Below, one piece after another: positions 19,319 to 29,100 of a stretch of 64,000 bases of DNA (positions are counted from its first letter, which is position 1; the number at the start of each line of letters is the position of its first letter). The position numbers and the translations under genes are program-made. The notes beneath the pieces were generated by a model. The model ran no database searches, had not been told where the DNA came from, and was given only the letters and a program-made list of their open reading frames with translations. The stretch spans positions 1,088,001 to 1,152,000 of the forward strand of contig CAVQEQ010000004.1 of the NCBI GenBank assembly GCA_963711565.1, given 5' to 3'. This DNA comes from an uncultured delta proteobacterium (lineage in GTDB: Bacteria; Desulfobacterota; Binatia; Binatales; Binataceae).

Positions 19319-20434
19319 TCACCCCGCGGCGGCTGATGACGGGATCGGCGCTGGATCTACCAGCGGCGCGGTGTTCCACTTCTTCAGCTCGGGCAGCACG
19401 TACTTGGCAAAGCACTTGATGCTGCGCTCCGCATCTTCATAAGGCATCCCGCCGAAACTGAAATTGAAAAACACTCCGTTAGCGTCGATCGTGTCGCGAA
19501 TGAACGCGCACTTCTCGAGCACCTGGTCCGGCGTGCCCCACGGCATCAGCATCGCGAAGTCGCGCGCGGCAACGTCGGGGCCGGTCTTTTTGATGAACTT
19601 GCTGACGTTGCTGTAGAACTCGTAGCTCTTCTTGGTGCCGAATTCCGGCGACATCATCTCGTAATGCTTCATGACGGTGTGGTAGTTCGCCGCGATCCAT
19701 TTCATCGCCATCTCTTCGGCGCGCTCCTTGTTCTCGTTGACGACGCAGAAGCCGCCGGAAATCGGCTTGGGTATTGGCGCCGTGCCATTAACCTCGCGCC
19801 AGACCTTGTGATAGACCTCGAAATCCTTCGTGACGGCGTCCCACGGCTTTTGCGGAATCACCAGCAGACCGACGCCCAGCTTCGCCATTATCGGCATCGA
19901 CTCGGGCGAGACGGCGGCGGCGTAGGTGCGGCCCTTGAATGAGCGCGCGGGGCGCGGACGAATCTCGCGGCGCGGCTGACGCGTGAATTTCCCGCCTTCC
20001 ATGTAACCGTTCTCGAGTGCGTTCAAAACCAGCTCTGCGTATTCGACGAACAGGTTGCGGCCTTCGTTCTGGTCGAGGCGAAAACCGTCGTACTCGATCC
20101 TCGCCAGGCCGCGCCCGAGGCCTAGGATGACGCGGCCGTTGGAAACGTGATCGAGTAGCGCGACCTGCTCCGCGACGCGGATCGGATCGTGCCACGGCAG
20201 CACGACGACGCCCGAGCCGAGCTTCACATGCGAGGTGCGGCCGGCCATGTAGGAGAGGAATTGCAGCACGTCGGGGCACATCGTGTAGTCGTCGAAGTGA
20301 TGCTCGACCGACCAGATGGAATCGAAGCCAAGCGGCTCGGCCATCTCGGCGAGGCGCAGCTCGTTGCGATAAACCTCGGCGTCAGGAAGTGCGTTGTTGG
20401 GATTCTGGAAAACCGCTCCGTAGCCAACATGCAT
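19319..20434 (-). CDS. LLM class flavin-dependent oxidoreductase (luciferase-like)
   Basis: GFDSIWSVEHHF, KLGSGVVVLPWHDPIRVAE, GLGRG; AGGAGG RBS. Confidence 0.9.
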   Translation of the reverse strand: MHVGYGAVFQNPNNALPDAEVYRNELRLAEMAEPLGFDSIWSVEHHFDDYTMCPDVLQFLSYMAGRTSHVKLGSGVVVLPWHDPIRVAEQVALLDHVSNGRVILGLGRGLARIEYDGFRLDQNEGRNLFVEYAELVLNALENGYMEGGKFTRQPRREIRPRPARSFKGRTYAAAVSPESMPIMAKLGVGLLVIPQKPWDAVTKDFEVYHKVWREVNGTAPIPKPISGGFCVVNENKERAEEMAMKWIAANYHTVMKHYEMMSPEFGTKKSYEFYSNVSKFIKKTGPDVAARDFAMLMPWGTPDQVLEKCAFIRDTIDANGVFFNFSFGGMPYEDAERSIKCFAKYVLPELKKWNTAPLVDPAPIPSSAAAG

Positions 20435-20588
20435 AACGAACAATCCTCCTGGGCTGGATCGGCAGGCTCATAAAGAGTCATAGACCGCGCCAATCGAGAA
20501 GTACAGGATTTCTCTATCACATAGACGGATCGAGAGAGTGCACCGATCGGTTTATCCAAACTCGCGATCGTGCTCAAATGCATCCGCT

Positions 20589-21680
20589 GTGCCTGATCTC
20601 AACGCGCCGACCAACGCCACGTCCCCGCAGCCTGTCACGCCACAAGGCGTCGTGATGGGGCCGACGCAGGCCTCGCTGTTTATGGTCGTCATGATCGACT
20701 CGCGTCCCGACAGCGCGATGGCAGTCCGTGCGATGTGTCCCGGCCTGGCAGCGCTGATTCGCGCGGTCGGATTTCGCGATACTGCCGCGGGCCTCTCGTG
20801 CGTGATGAGCTTTGGGTCGGCGGCGTGGGACCGGCTTTTCGGAGATCCGCGGCCGGCAGGTCTGCATCCGTTCCGCGAGATTAACGGTGGATCGCGCAAG
20901 GCGGTATCGACTCCGGGCGACGTGCTCTTCCATATCCGTTCCTCGCGCCCGGACTTCTGCTTCGAGCTCGCGACGCAGATCATGTTGGCGCTCGGCGACG
21001 CGGTTTCCGTCGAAGACGAAGTCCACGCCTTCAGCTATTTTGACAACCGCGATCTCTTGGGCTTCGTCGATGGCACCGAGAATCCGGTCAACCGCGAGGC
21101 GCTCGACGCCGTCCTGATCCGCGACGAGGATCCCGCGTTCGAGTGCGGCAGCTATGTTATCGTTCAGAAGTACGTACACGATCTGCCGGGATGGAACGCG
21201 CTGCCGACCGAGGTCCAGGAGCGAATCATCGGCCGCACCAAGGTCACGGACATCGAATTGGACGACGCCGTCAAACCGATCTCCGCGCATAACGCGCTTA
21301 ACACCATCGTTGAAGACGGAGTCGAGAAGAAGATCTTCCGCGCCAACGGTATCTTTGGCCGTCCGGGGCAGGGCGAGTTCGGCACCTATTTCATCGGCTA
21401 TGCGCGCTCGCCGCGGATTATCGAGCAGATGCTCGAGAACATGTTCGTCGGGCGGCCGCCGGGCAACTATGATCGTATTCTTGATTTCAGCCAGGCTGTC
21501 ACCGGCTCGTTGTTTTTTGCTCCGTCGGCCTCGTTCCTCGACGGCGTGACACCAACCGGGACAGCAGCGGCAGCCGCTGCTTCCGTCCCCGCTCAGAAAG
21601 GCTCTTCACCTGATACCGGGTGCGCGCGCGATGGCTCGCTCGGCATCGGTTCCCTGAAAGGAGAATCGCGCGATGAATAA
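20589..21680 (+). CDS. dyp: DyP-type peroxidase with C-terminal encapsulin targeting peptide
   Basis: GFVDGTENP (GxxDG), YVIVQKYVH, IIGRTK, distal R region, C-terminal DGSLGIGSLKG cargo-loading peptide. Confidence 0.93.
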   Translation: MPDLNAPTNATSPQPVTPQGVVMGPTQASLFMVVMIDSRPDSAMAVRAMCPGLAALIRAVGFRDTAAGLSCVMSFGSAAWDRLFGDPRPAGLHPFREINGGSRKAVSTPGDVLFHIRSSRPDFCFELATQIMLALGDAVSVEDEVHAFSYFDNRDLLGFVDGTENPVNREALDAVLIRDEDPAFECGSYVIVQKYVHDLPGWNALPTEVQERIIGRTKVTDIELDDAVKPISAHNALNTIVEDGVEKKIFRANGIFGRPGQGEFGTYFIGYARSPRIIEQMLENMFVGRPPGNYDRILDFSQAVTGSLFFAPSASFLDGVTPTGTAAAAAASVPAQKGSSPDTGCARDGSLGIGSLKGESRDE

Positions 21681-22482
21681 TCTGCACCGCGAGCTTGCCC
21701 CAATCTCTGACGGCGCGTGGGCTCAAATCGAAGAAGAAGCGCAGCGCACGCTGAAACGGTACTTGGCAGGGCGGCGGGTCGTCGATGTCAAAGGTCCGCG
21801 CGGCGCCATGTTGTCGGCGGTCGGCACCGGCCATCTCAGCAATCTCGAGGCGCCGGGCGCGGGCATCATCGCGCGGCAGCGCAAAGTCAAGGCGCTGGTC
21901 GAGCTGCGCGTGCCGTTCCAGTTGGAGCGCCAGGCGATCGACGACGTCGACCGCGGCGCGAATGATGCGGACTGGCAACCGCTGAAAGACGCCGCGAAGC
22001 GGATCGCATTCGCCGAAGACCGCGCGATCTTCGAAGGTTATGCCGCCGCCGGAATCGAAGGCGTCCGGCAGGGAACCAGCAACAAAATTGCGGCGCTGCC
22101 CAGCGACCCGTCTCATTACCCCGACGCCGTCGCGGAGGCGCTCAGCCAGTTGCGCCTCGCCGGCGTCAACGGACCGTATTCGGTGGTGATGGGCGCGGAT
22201 GCGTACACGGCGCTGAGCGAGGCGAGCGATCACGGCTATCCTGTAATCCAGCACATCCAGCGGCTGGTCAACGAGGAAATCATCTTCGCCCCAGCGATTG
22301 CCGGAGCGTTCGTGTTGACCACGCGCGGTGGTGACTTCGAACTGCATCTCGGCCAGGACGTTTCGATCGGCTATTGGAGCCACGACGATAAGAACGTCAA
22401 CCTGTACCTGCAAGAATCGCTGACCTTCCTGCTGTTGACCGCAGAGGCCGCAGTAGCGCTCAAACCCGCCTCGCGGAAGTAG
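21673..22482 (+). CDS. Family 1 encapsulin shell protein (linocin M18-like)
   Basis: MNNLHRELAPIS..AW..IEEEA, RRVVDV.GP, GQDVSIGY, LYLQES; overlaps dyp stop. Confidence 0.95.
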   Translation: MNNLHRELAPISDGAWAQIEEEAQRTLKRYLAGRRVVDVKGPRGAMLSAVGTGHLSNLEAPGAGIIARQRKVKALVELRVPFQLERQAIDDVDRGANDADWQPLKDAAKRIAFAEDRAIFEGYAAAGIEGVRQGTSNKIAALPSDPSHYPDAVAEALSQLRLAGVNGPYSVVMGADAYTALSEASDHGYPVIQHIQRLVNEEIIFAPAIAGAFVLTTRGGDFELHLGQDVSIGYWSHDDKNVNLYLQESLTFLLLTAEAAVALKPASRK

Positions 22483-22514
22483 CGGAAATCGGCGGGTGTT
22501 CCGGCTGGCCAGGA

Positions 22515-23459
22515 TCACAGTTTATAGCGGTACCCGTTCGAGCGAGCTGCGAGACCGAACTCTTGTGCCACCTCGGCCAGGGTTTCGGGACAGAAATAGT
22601 AGTAGCGGAATCCGGTGATGCGGCCGTCGTGTTCCCCGAATCGAAGTACGTCGCCGACTCGATCTTTGCCCTCGTTGCAATAGAAGAGCAGTACGATCTG
22701 CTCGCCCACGAGCTCCCGGCGCTCGGCCTGGCGCAAATCGTCCGCGTCGACGAACAGCGTATGATACAGACTTCCGCCCTTGCGGCCGATTACTTCCTGC
22801 CCATGCTCGAGCGAAAGCCCGACGATTTCGACCGTCGCGTCCTCCAGCATTAGCGCTACCATCCCGTTTAGATCGCGTGCGTTGAATCGCTCGACGAATC
22901 GATCGAGCAGAGCTGCGCTCGGACCTCCCGCGTTCCGGGTTTTCGAATCCGATCCCGCCTTGCTATCCGAGAGTCTCTTACGCCCGCGATGAAGAGCGGC
23001 CTTCACCGCGCCGACCGACGTTTCCAGCGCCAGTGCCGCCTCTTCGAGCGTCAGGTCGAAAACGTCCTTGAGCAGGACTGCCGCGCGCTCCTGGGGCGGC
23101 AGAGAGCTAACCAGGTGCGACGCCGCATCGCGCAGTTCGCGCGGAAATGGGGTGTCGGCAGTTTCTGTTTCGGGCACGACGTTGGTCTCCGTCTTGCGCA
23201 CTCCGCGGAACCTGTCGATCCAGAGGTTGCTCGCGACACGGAACAGGTAGGCGCGCGGGTTTTCGATCGGATCGTGAATCTCGGCGAAGCGGACGAATGT
23301 GCGGACCAGCGTTTCCTGCACCAAATCTTCCGCGTCCCAGATTGTGCCGGTCAGTCCCCGGCAATATCGATACAGTTCGGGCCGCACGGACTCGGTCCGG
23401 TCGATAAATTCGTGCCAGGCCTTGCGAATCTGATCGGTGAAATCGCGTGAGATTTGCAC
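22515..23459 (-). CDS. ECF sigma factor with C-terminal SnoaL-like domain
   Basis: ELYRYC..LTG...DAEDLVQET, YLFRVASN, LPPQERAAVLLKDVFD, VKAALHRGR; C-terminal RFVERFNARD...YYFCPE; AGGAGA RBS. Confidence 0.85.
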   Translation of the reverse strand: MQISRDFTDQIRKAWHEFIDRTESVRPELYRYCRGLTGTIWDAEDLVQETLVRTFVRFAEIHDPIENPRAYLFRVASNLWIDRFRGVRKTETNVVPETETADTPFPRELRDAASHLVSSLPPQERAAVLLKDVFDLTLEEAALALETSVGAVKAALHRGRKRLSDSKAGSDSKTRNAGGPSAALLDRFVERFNARDLNGMVALMLEDATVEIVGLSLEHGQEVIGRKGGSLYHTLFVDADDLRQAERRELVGEQIVLLFYCNEGKDRVGDVLRFGEHDGRITGFRYYYFCPETLAEVAQEFGLAARSNGYRYKL

Positions 23460-23560
23460 AGTTCGTTCTCCTGAAGCGATTGCTTCTATAGTGACGACGA
23501 TTGAGCAGTGCGAAAAGATACGGGCTTGAGTCGAGGGCGTCGAAGGCCTGAGCCAGATGC

Positions 23561-25210
23561 TCAGGCGCGGCGGCTTCGTGATTCGGCGAGGCGGCGGGCG
23601 GCTTCGCCGATCGCGCCTGCGCGATGCCATCGCGAGTATTCCTCGACGGTCAGGCCGTGCGCGAGTTCTAATGCTACGGACAGTCCTGCGAGCACGAAGA
23701 CTTCGCCGAGCACGCTGATGCGCGGGGCGAGTCCCAGGCCGCCGCCCTCGTTGGGGACGGGGACATGGATGACGAGGTCGGCGAGTTGCGCGAGGCTCGA
23801 GTCCTTGTTGCCGGTGATCGCGATTAACTGCGCGCCCTGCTCGCGGATGGCGGTCGCGGTCGAGAGTAATTCGTCGGTGCTGCCGCTGTTGGAAATCGCG
23901 ATGACGATGTCGCGCGGATGCACTTGGCCGAGGCTGCCGTGCAGAGTCTCAGTCGCGTGCAGAAATGTCGCGGGCGTTCCGACCGAGCAGAATACGCTGG
24001 CGGCATAACGCGCGACGTGCTCGGGCTTGCCGACTCCTGTCACGTGGACGCGCCCGCCGCGGCCGAGCGCGGTGCGGATTATCTCGACGGTGCGCGAGAT
24101 GGCGGTGATGTTCAAACCGCCGCGCAATTCAGCTAGCTCGGCGAGGGCGAGGTCGAAAAACTTTTCTACTTCGCCGGTCGAGTCGCCGATAGCAGCTGCG
24201 CGCGGCTCAGCGTCGACACGCGGAGTCGGCAGCGCGAGCTGCTCTGCATAGAGGTCGAGAATTTCCTCACGCACATCGAAGCCTGACGGAAATGCGCCGA
24301 GCCGCGTGACCGCGACTGCGCCGGCTGCATTGGCGAGCCGCCCAATCTTGTCCCACGGCATCCCGAGACGAAGGCCGGCGCAAATGCCCGCGAGGAACGC
24401 GTCGCCCGCGCCGGTGGAATCTACTTGCTTGACCTTGAAGGCGGGCACGCGAATAGAAGTGTCCCGCGCCGCGATCGAGCATCCCTTGTCGCCCTCGGTG
24501 ATGATGACGGCGCGATTGCCGTACTTGGCGCGAATCGCGTCGGCGATCTTCAGCGGGTCGCGGCCGTTGCCGGCGATTTCGCGCGCTGCGGCTTTCGAGG
24601 GCTTGAGCCAGGTCGCGAGCTTCAGCGCGCGTTCGAGTTCCGCGCGCGTGCCGAGCGATCCGATCGCGTCGGACGGCGGTACGTCAACGTCGAGAATCGT
24701 CGGAATCGAATGCGTGCGCGCGAACAGCAGTATCGCGAGCACGGTGCGCAGCGGCAGCTGCGAAATCTCGGTCGAAACGAGATTGGCGCGGCGGATGAAC
24801 GCGCCGTGGCGGTTGCGAACCTCGGCCGGCGTGAGCTCGCCGGTCGCCCCGCGCGCCATGTAGATGGCGCGATCGCCGTTGGCGTCGACAAAGATCGTCG
24901 CGAACGCGCTGGCGGTCCCGTCGAAGGTCAGGTGATGGCGAATGCCGAGGCGATCCATCCCGTCGCGCAGAAACTCGCCGTTGCGGTCGTCGCCCATCTT
25001 GCCGAAGATGCCGGTCTTCAGCCCGAGGATTCTGCCCCAGCCGAGATGGTTCAACACGAGACCGCCGACCTGCGTGCGTTCGATCGCGGCGCTCGCCGTA
25101 TGCGCGCGGAGCAGGATTTTTTCATCGGCGCGGATAATCCGCGGCGTGCGGTAGAACAGGTCAACGACCATGCTGCCGCATCCGACGACGTCGAGTTTTT
25201 CTTCAGCCAT
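23561..25210 (-). CDS. Fusion of PfkB carbohydrate kinase and KdsD/KpsF-like SIS sugar-phosphate isomerase
   Basis: PfkB signatures GKMGDDRNG and VDSTGAGDAF; SIS motifs VTGVGKP, GTPATFLH, HGSLG, AISNSGST, GLAP. Confidence 0.85.
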   Translation of the reverse strand: MAEEKLDVVGCGSMVVDLFYRTPRIIRADEKILLRAHTASAAIERTQVGGLVLNHLGWGRILGLKTGIFGKMGDDRNGEFLRDGMDRLGIRHHLTFDGTASAFATIFVDANGDRAIYMARGATGELTPAEVRNRHGAFIRRANLVSTEISQLPLRTVLAILLFARTHSIPTILDVDVPPSDAIGSLGTRAELERALKLATWLKPSKAAAREIAGNGRDPLKIADAIRAKYGNRAVIITEGDKGCSIAARDTSIRVPAFKVKQVDSTGAGDAFLAGICAGLRLGMPWDKIGRLANAAGAVAVTRLGAFPSGFDVREEILDLYAEQLALPTPRVDAEPRAAAIGDSTGEVEKFFDLALAELAELRGGLNITAISRTVEIIRTALGRGGRVHVTGVGKPEHVARYAASVFCSVGTPATFLHATETLHGSLGQVHPRDIVIAISNSGSTDELLSTATAIREQGAQLIAITGNKDSSLAQLADLVIHVPVPNEGGGLGLAPRISVLGEVFVLAGLSVALELAHGLTVEEYSRWHRAGAIGEAARRLAESRSRRA

Positions 25211-26345
25211 TGCGCCCCGCGGATTTTCGTTGCGATACCGGCGCGTGGCCGGCGGCCGAATCGTATTCGCTGACCCATCCGCGCTCAAGCATCTCGGCGT
25301 TGCGTTCACGCAGCGCGGCGAATCGCGCGGAGAACTCACGGCGCTCGCTGTCGTTGAGCGGCGGCGTGCCGGGTCCGACTGCGGCGCTGTCGATGACGCC
25401 CAGTTCCTTGAGTGAAGCCTTGAGCGTTGCGATCGTCGGGCGATAGGCCTTGCCACCGCGCTTGAACGTACAGGTTGTGCGAAATTCCTCGATCGCGTCC
25501 GCATACAAGCGCATCAACTCGGCGTCGCCCGAGCGGCAGACCTGCCATGCGCGTTGCCATTCGCGCGGCATCGCATTGGCAGGTCCCGCGACGACGCCAT
25601 ACGGGCGCGTGCGCTGAGTCAGGTAACGGTTCCAGTAATGCCGCATGCGATCGCCGACGCCCTCCGGCGGCGCGAACAAATCGAAAATCAGGTACGCGTT
25701 GCCGGCGTAGATGGCGAATTCGTGACCCGCCTTGAAGTGCGACGCGGCGCGCGTGTAGTTGCCGATCACGGTTTTGCTCGCGGTAACTTTTATCCCGCGA
25801 ACGTATGGCAGCCGCGCCATCGCCTTGACGTCGCGGGTGTGCAGATGCGCCGCCTTTCCGGGGGCACTGATGTCGGCGTTGTCGTAGAGGAACAGCGGAA
25901 GCATCCGGCCCGCGCGATCGAACACGGTTCCGATATCGCGCTCGACGAAATCCGCGGGATGCTCGACGTCTTTGATTGACAGCGGCGCAACGACGACCGC
26001 ATCGGCGCCGGCGTGGATTGCGTGGACGAGATTGTCGAGCGTGTCGGCACGCGTGTGCGCCGTGATACCCGCCCACGCTTCGATCTTCTTGGCGGCCGCC
26101 GCCCGCGCGCGGCTACATTCCTCGATCGCGATTCGTGCGACCGCCTGGCGGCGCGAGTTGTCGATCCGATCCCATTCGCCGGTCGTGCCCGCGGCAAAAA
26201 TAACGTCGGCGCCTGTGCCGTCCTGCAGCGCGAAGCGAACCACCGCGCGCTGCTGGTCTTCGAGAATGCGGCCGCGGCCGTCGAGAATCGTGACGATGGG
26301 GATCGAGAGGCCGGGGCGCGGTATGTACTCGTCGAGCGAATTCAC
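25203..26345 (-). CDS. DapA/DHDPS/NAL family class I aldolase
   Basis: GTTGE motif, GADAVVVAP, FLYDN, GIK Schiff-base lysine. Confidence 0.8.
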   Translation of the reverse strand: MNSLDEYIPRPGLSIPIVTILDGRGRILEDQQRAVVRFALQDGTGADVIFAAGTTGEWDRIDNSRRQAVARIAIEECSRARAAAAKKIEAWAGITAHTRADTLDNLVHAIHAGADAVVVAPLSIKDVEHPADFVERDIGTVFDRAGRMLPLFLYDNADISAPGKAAHLHTRDVKAMARLPYVRGIKVTASKTVIGNYTRAASHFKAGHEFAIYAGNAYLIFDLFAPPEGVGDRMRHYWNRYLTQRTRPYGVVAGPANAMPREWQRAWQVCRSGDAELMRLYADAIEEFRTTCTFKRGGKAYRPTIATLKASLKELGVIDSAAVGPGTPPLNDSERREFSARFAALRERNAEMLERGWVSEYDSAAGHAPVSQRKSAGRNG

Positions 26346-26403
26346 GGCGGCGATTCTAGCAGAAGCGGGGTGGGGCTGCTGCCCGGTTGAAATCGACGCG
26401 CTG

Positions 26404-27111
26404 TTAGCTGATGCCGAGGCCGAGGTCGGTGATGAAGCTCCAATGACGCTCGTCGAGGGAGGCGAAGTTTTCGAGCTTCATTTTGATCGTCAGCCGATAG
26501 TTGCCGTCGCCGGACAGCGCCGCGACGGGAGGATTCTCGTACCAAATGCTTTTCTTGCAGACGTCGATCAACATCTGATCGATTCTCGCTTTGCCCGAGT
26601 GCTGCTCGAGGATGAGTTCGGTGAGCTTGCCATTTTTATCCATGATCGCGGTGATGATGACGGCTCTGATGTCGGTGGGCAGCTTGGTTCGCGAAATCTC
26701 CTCGGTTCGCTCGGCGATAATCAGTCGCCCATATATGCGATCGAGAATTACATCGGCAAAATCTCCGAACTTGGCGGCCTTGGCGTTGAGCAGGCGCACC
26801 GTCGCGGGATTTTTTTCGCTGCCGATCTCGCGTGAGATGCCGGGGTCGATCTGGTAGGTGCGGGGTCCGGGTGTGGCCCCACCGGAATCGTGCAGCAGCC
26901 CTTCGCCGGGGGCCGGAACCGCGTTGACGTTGGCCAACGGATCGACGTGGGCGTCCGAAACGTCGGACAGATCGCTCAACAACTTAGGCTGCTGCTGGCC
27001 GGCGTCCGGCATCGGCGGCGGCGGCTTGTCTTCCGCGGCACATCCCGCGGCGAAGATTGCGGTTGCAAAGAAAGCGGCTGTGAAAAACCGTTTCCGTCGT
27101 GCGCGGCTCAT
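26404..27111 (-). CDS. Lipoprotein with TonB C-terminal-like domain
   Basis: Lipobox FAAGC; Pro-rich linker; IMDKNGKL.ELILEQHSG...ID...PP pattern. Confidence 0.6.
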   Translation of the reverse strand: MSRARRKRFFTAAFFATAIFAAGCAAEDKPPPPMPDAGQQQPKLLSDLSDVSDAHVDPLANVNAVPAPGEGLLHDSGGATPGPRTYQIDPGISREIGSEKNPATVRLLNAKAAKFGDFADVILDRIYGRLIIAERTEEISRTKLPTDIRAVIITAIMDKNGKLTELILEQHSGKARIDQMLIDVCKKSIWYENPPVAALSGDGNYRLTIKMKLENFASLDERHWSFITDLGLGIS

Positions 27112-28673
27112 CTGGTTTTTTCCTGCCGGTGATCGTTCTCCGGATCCAACGCGAGAATGGCCGGACGCGCATCATTATAATCGGCGACGAACGCGTCGAA
27201 AAGTTCCTCGAAGAAGGCCCGCTCTTGGGCGCGAACCTGGTCGTTATGTTCCTGCGCGATCGCGTCGCCGATTCGCGCGAGCAACTCGAGCGTCGGCGAG
27301 TAGTCCAACTGGGCCGTGGCGCCGCCGGCGAAATAGTAGTTGCCGTTGGCCAGCTGCCGCGACGTGAGCGTGGTGTTGAGGCCCCCGTTGCCGGTCGCCA
27401 GCACGCGCAGGAAATCGCCCGCAATCAAGTCCATCATCTGATGCACCCCCGGCGGCGCGATCAGTTGCGGCACCGCGTCCATCCGGTTGACGAATGTCAC
27501 CGCGCCCGGCTCGCGGCGGTAGTCCGTTCTGAATCCCATGTTGGCGAGGCCGAAATTCATCGCGAGGCTTGTGATCTGAGCCGAGGCGAGTGTGCGATAG
27601 CTGCCGTGCGTCAGTTCGCCGAGCGCGACGCTGTCGCCCGCCGGTTGCATCGCGGCGTTGAACGGCGTCAGCAGGCCGTTGCGAATCATCAGCGTGACGC
27701 GGATGTGGCCGTGGTCGAATCCCTCGCGGAACCAGTAGTTGCCGTGCGAATCCAGAATATCGGATTTCGCCGTCACCGCGGGCACGACCTTGCGATAGAA
27801 ATCATAGAGCAGCGGATATTTCTTCAGCGCGTCGAGGCGAACTTCGGCGTCAACGTTGAAGAGCACGATTGCGCCCGCGGGTGAATTGAACTCGTCGAGT
27901 AGGTTGTTGAACTTGAAATAGTGATCGAACTTCGCCGCGAGATGCGGCATCTGGCGGTGGAACCGGTCCATCGCGGCGCGGTCGTGATGATTGAATGTGC
28001 CGGGCGCGGTATCCCACGGAGGCTTCAGGTCGCCGTGAAACTCGCGCAGTGTGTCGGCCATCGTATCGACCAGCGCGCCAAGACCGTAGGTGTCGATCAT
28101 CAGCTCGCCCCCGAGCGTGCCGGTGACGCTCGAAACGTTGTCCGGGGTCGAATCCCCCGCGGGCTTGAGTCCGAAGACACCCGCGAAGCGCGCCGGCTCT
28201 TCGGGACTGTGCCAATCCCGGACGAGCGTGTAGAGATAGTCGGCGTCGTCGGGCTGCCCCGCGACGCAAATCTGATGCGTGCGGTCGGGCTTATCGCGCC
28301 ATGGAATATCATTCTTCGAGTAGAGCGCGGCGGCGCGGATCATCGTCGATTGTCGCGGCGGAAGCAGGTCGATGACTTCCTGAAGGGAGGCGCCAATCTT
28401 GGGATGGAACGAAATCTTGCGCTGGAAATCGAGCTGACGATTGAGGATCGCGATCGCTCGCGACGCGCGCGCGGGACCGGGAGGTGCGAGATACACAATT
28501 GGTGCGAAGAGGGTCCGGCTGTCGGGCGCGAACCCGGCATTCGATGTCGTTGGCGCTGCCGCTGGTTTCGCGGGCGAAGATGCGGCGTAGGTGGCATTGG
28601 CGCAGATCGTGATTATTATTGCTGCGAACGAGGTGGCGATAGCGATACGAAAAGCCCGAAATGGCCGCCGCAA
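27108..28673 (-). CDS. Large exported hypothetical protein (start uncertain)
   Basis: Basic N-terminus plus hydrophobic helix ending ATYA; stop overlaps the next start; ORF-track extension to 28988 is antisense to rpmE. Confidence 0.6.
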   Translation of the reverse strand: MRRPFRAFRIAIATSFAAIIITICANATYAASSPAKPAAAPTTSNAGFAPDSRTLFAPIVYLAPPGPARASRAIAILNRQLDFQRKISFHPKIGASLQEVIDLLPPRQSTMIRAAALYSKNDIPWRDKPDRTHQICVAGQPDDADYLYTLVRDWHSPEEPARFAGVFGLKPAGDSTPDNVSSVTGTLGGELMIDTYGLGALVDTMADTLREFHGDLKPPWDTAPGTFNHHDRAAMDRFHRQMPHLAAKFDHYFKFNNLLDEFNSPAGAIVLFNVDAEVRLDALKKYPLLYDFYRKVVPAVTAKSDILDSHGNYWFREGFDHGHIRVTLMIRNGLLTPFNAAMQPAGDSVALGELTHGSYRTLASAQITSLAMNFGLANMGFRTDYRREPGAVTFVNRMDAVPQLIAPPGVHQMMDLIAGDFLRVLATGNGGLNTTLTSRQLANGNYYFAGGATAQLDYSPTLELLARIGDAIAQEHNDQVRAQERAFFEELFDAFVADYNDARPAILALDPENDHRQEKTR

Positions 28674-28745
28674 CGGGCGAATTGTGCGAGATACCTTGCG
28701 ATGGTATCCTGCAACACAATAGGCAGCAGAGTTCGAGAAGCAAAA

Positions 28746-28985
28746 ATGAAAACTGGAATCCATCCTGAATACCGCCGCTGCACTGTCGTCTGTGCGTGCG
28801 GCAACACCTTCGAAACGCGCTCGACGCTCAAAGAGCTTCACGTCGAGGTCTGCTCGAAGTGCCATCCTTTTTACACTGGCACACAGCGCCTGGTCGATAC
28901 CGCGGGGCGCGTCGAGCGGTTCAATCGCAAATACGGCATCAAGAAGCCGGCCGAAAAAACGGCGGAGACTGCCGCCGAGAAGTAG
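28746..28985 (+). CDS. rpmE: 50S ribosomal protein L31 (Zn-binding type)
   Basis: [34 protein letters not shown]. Confidence 0.97.
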   Translation: MKTGIHPEYRRCTVVCACGNTFETRSTLKELHVEVCSKCHPFYTGTQRLVDTAGRVERFNRKYGIKKPAEKTAETAAEK

Positions 28986-29044
28986 CATAGCAACTCCCGC
29001 CGCCTGCGGTGCTCAAGCACCCGGGTGCGCGGGGGAGAATCCAT

Positions 29045-29080
29045 CGGCACGGCCATCTCGGCCGCGCCGTTTTTGTTTTC
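29045..29080 (+). terminator. Probable intrinsic terminator after rpmE
   Basis: CGGCACGGCC-ATCTC-GGCCGCGCCG hairpin followed by TTTTTGTTTT. Confidence 0.6.
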
Positions 29081-29100
29081 AGGGCGGGGGCTGATCGGCG

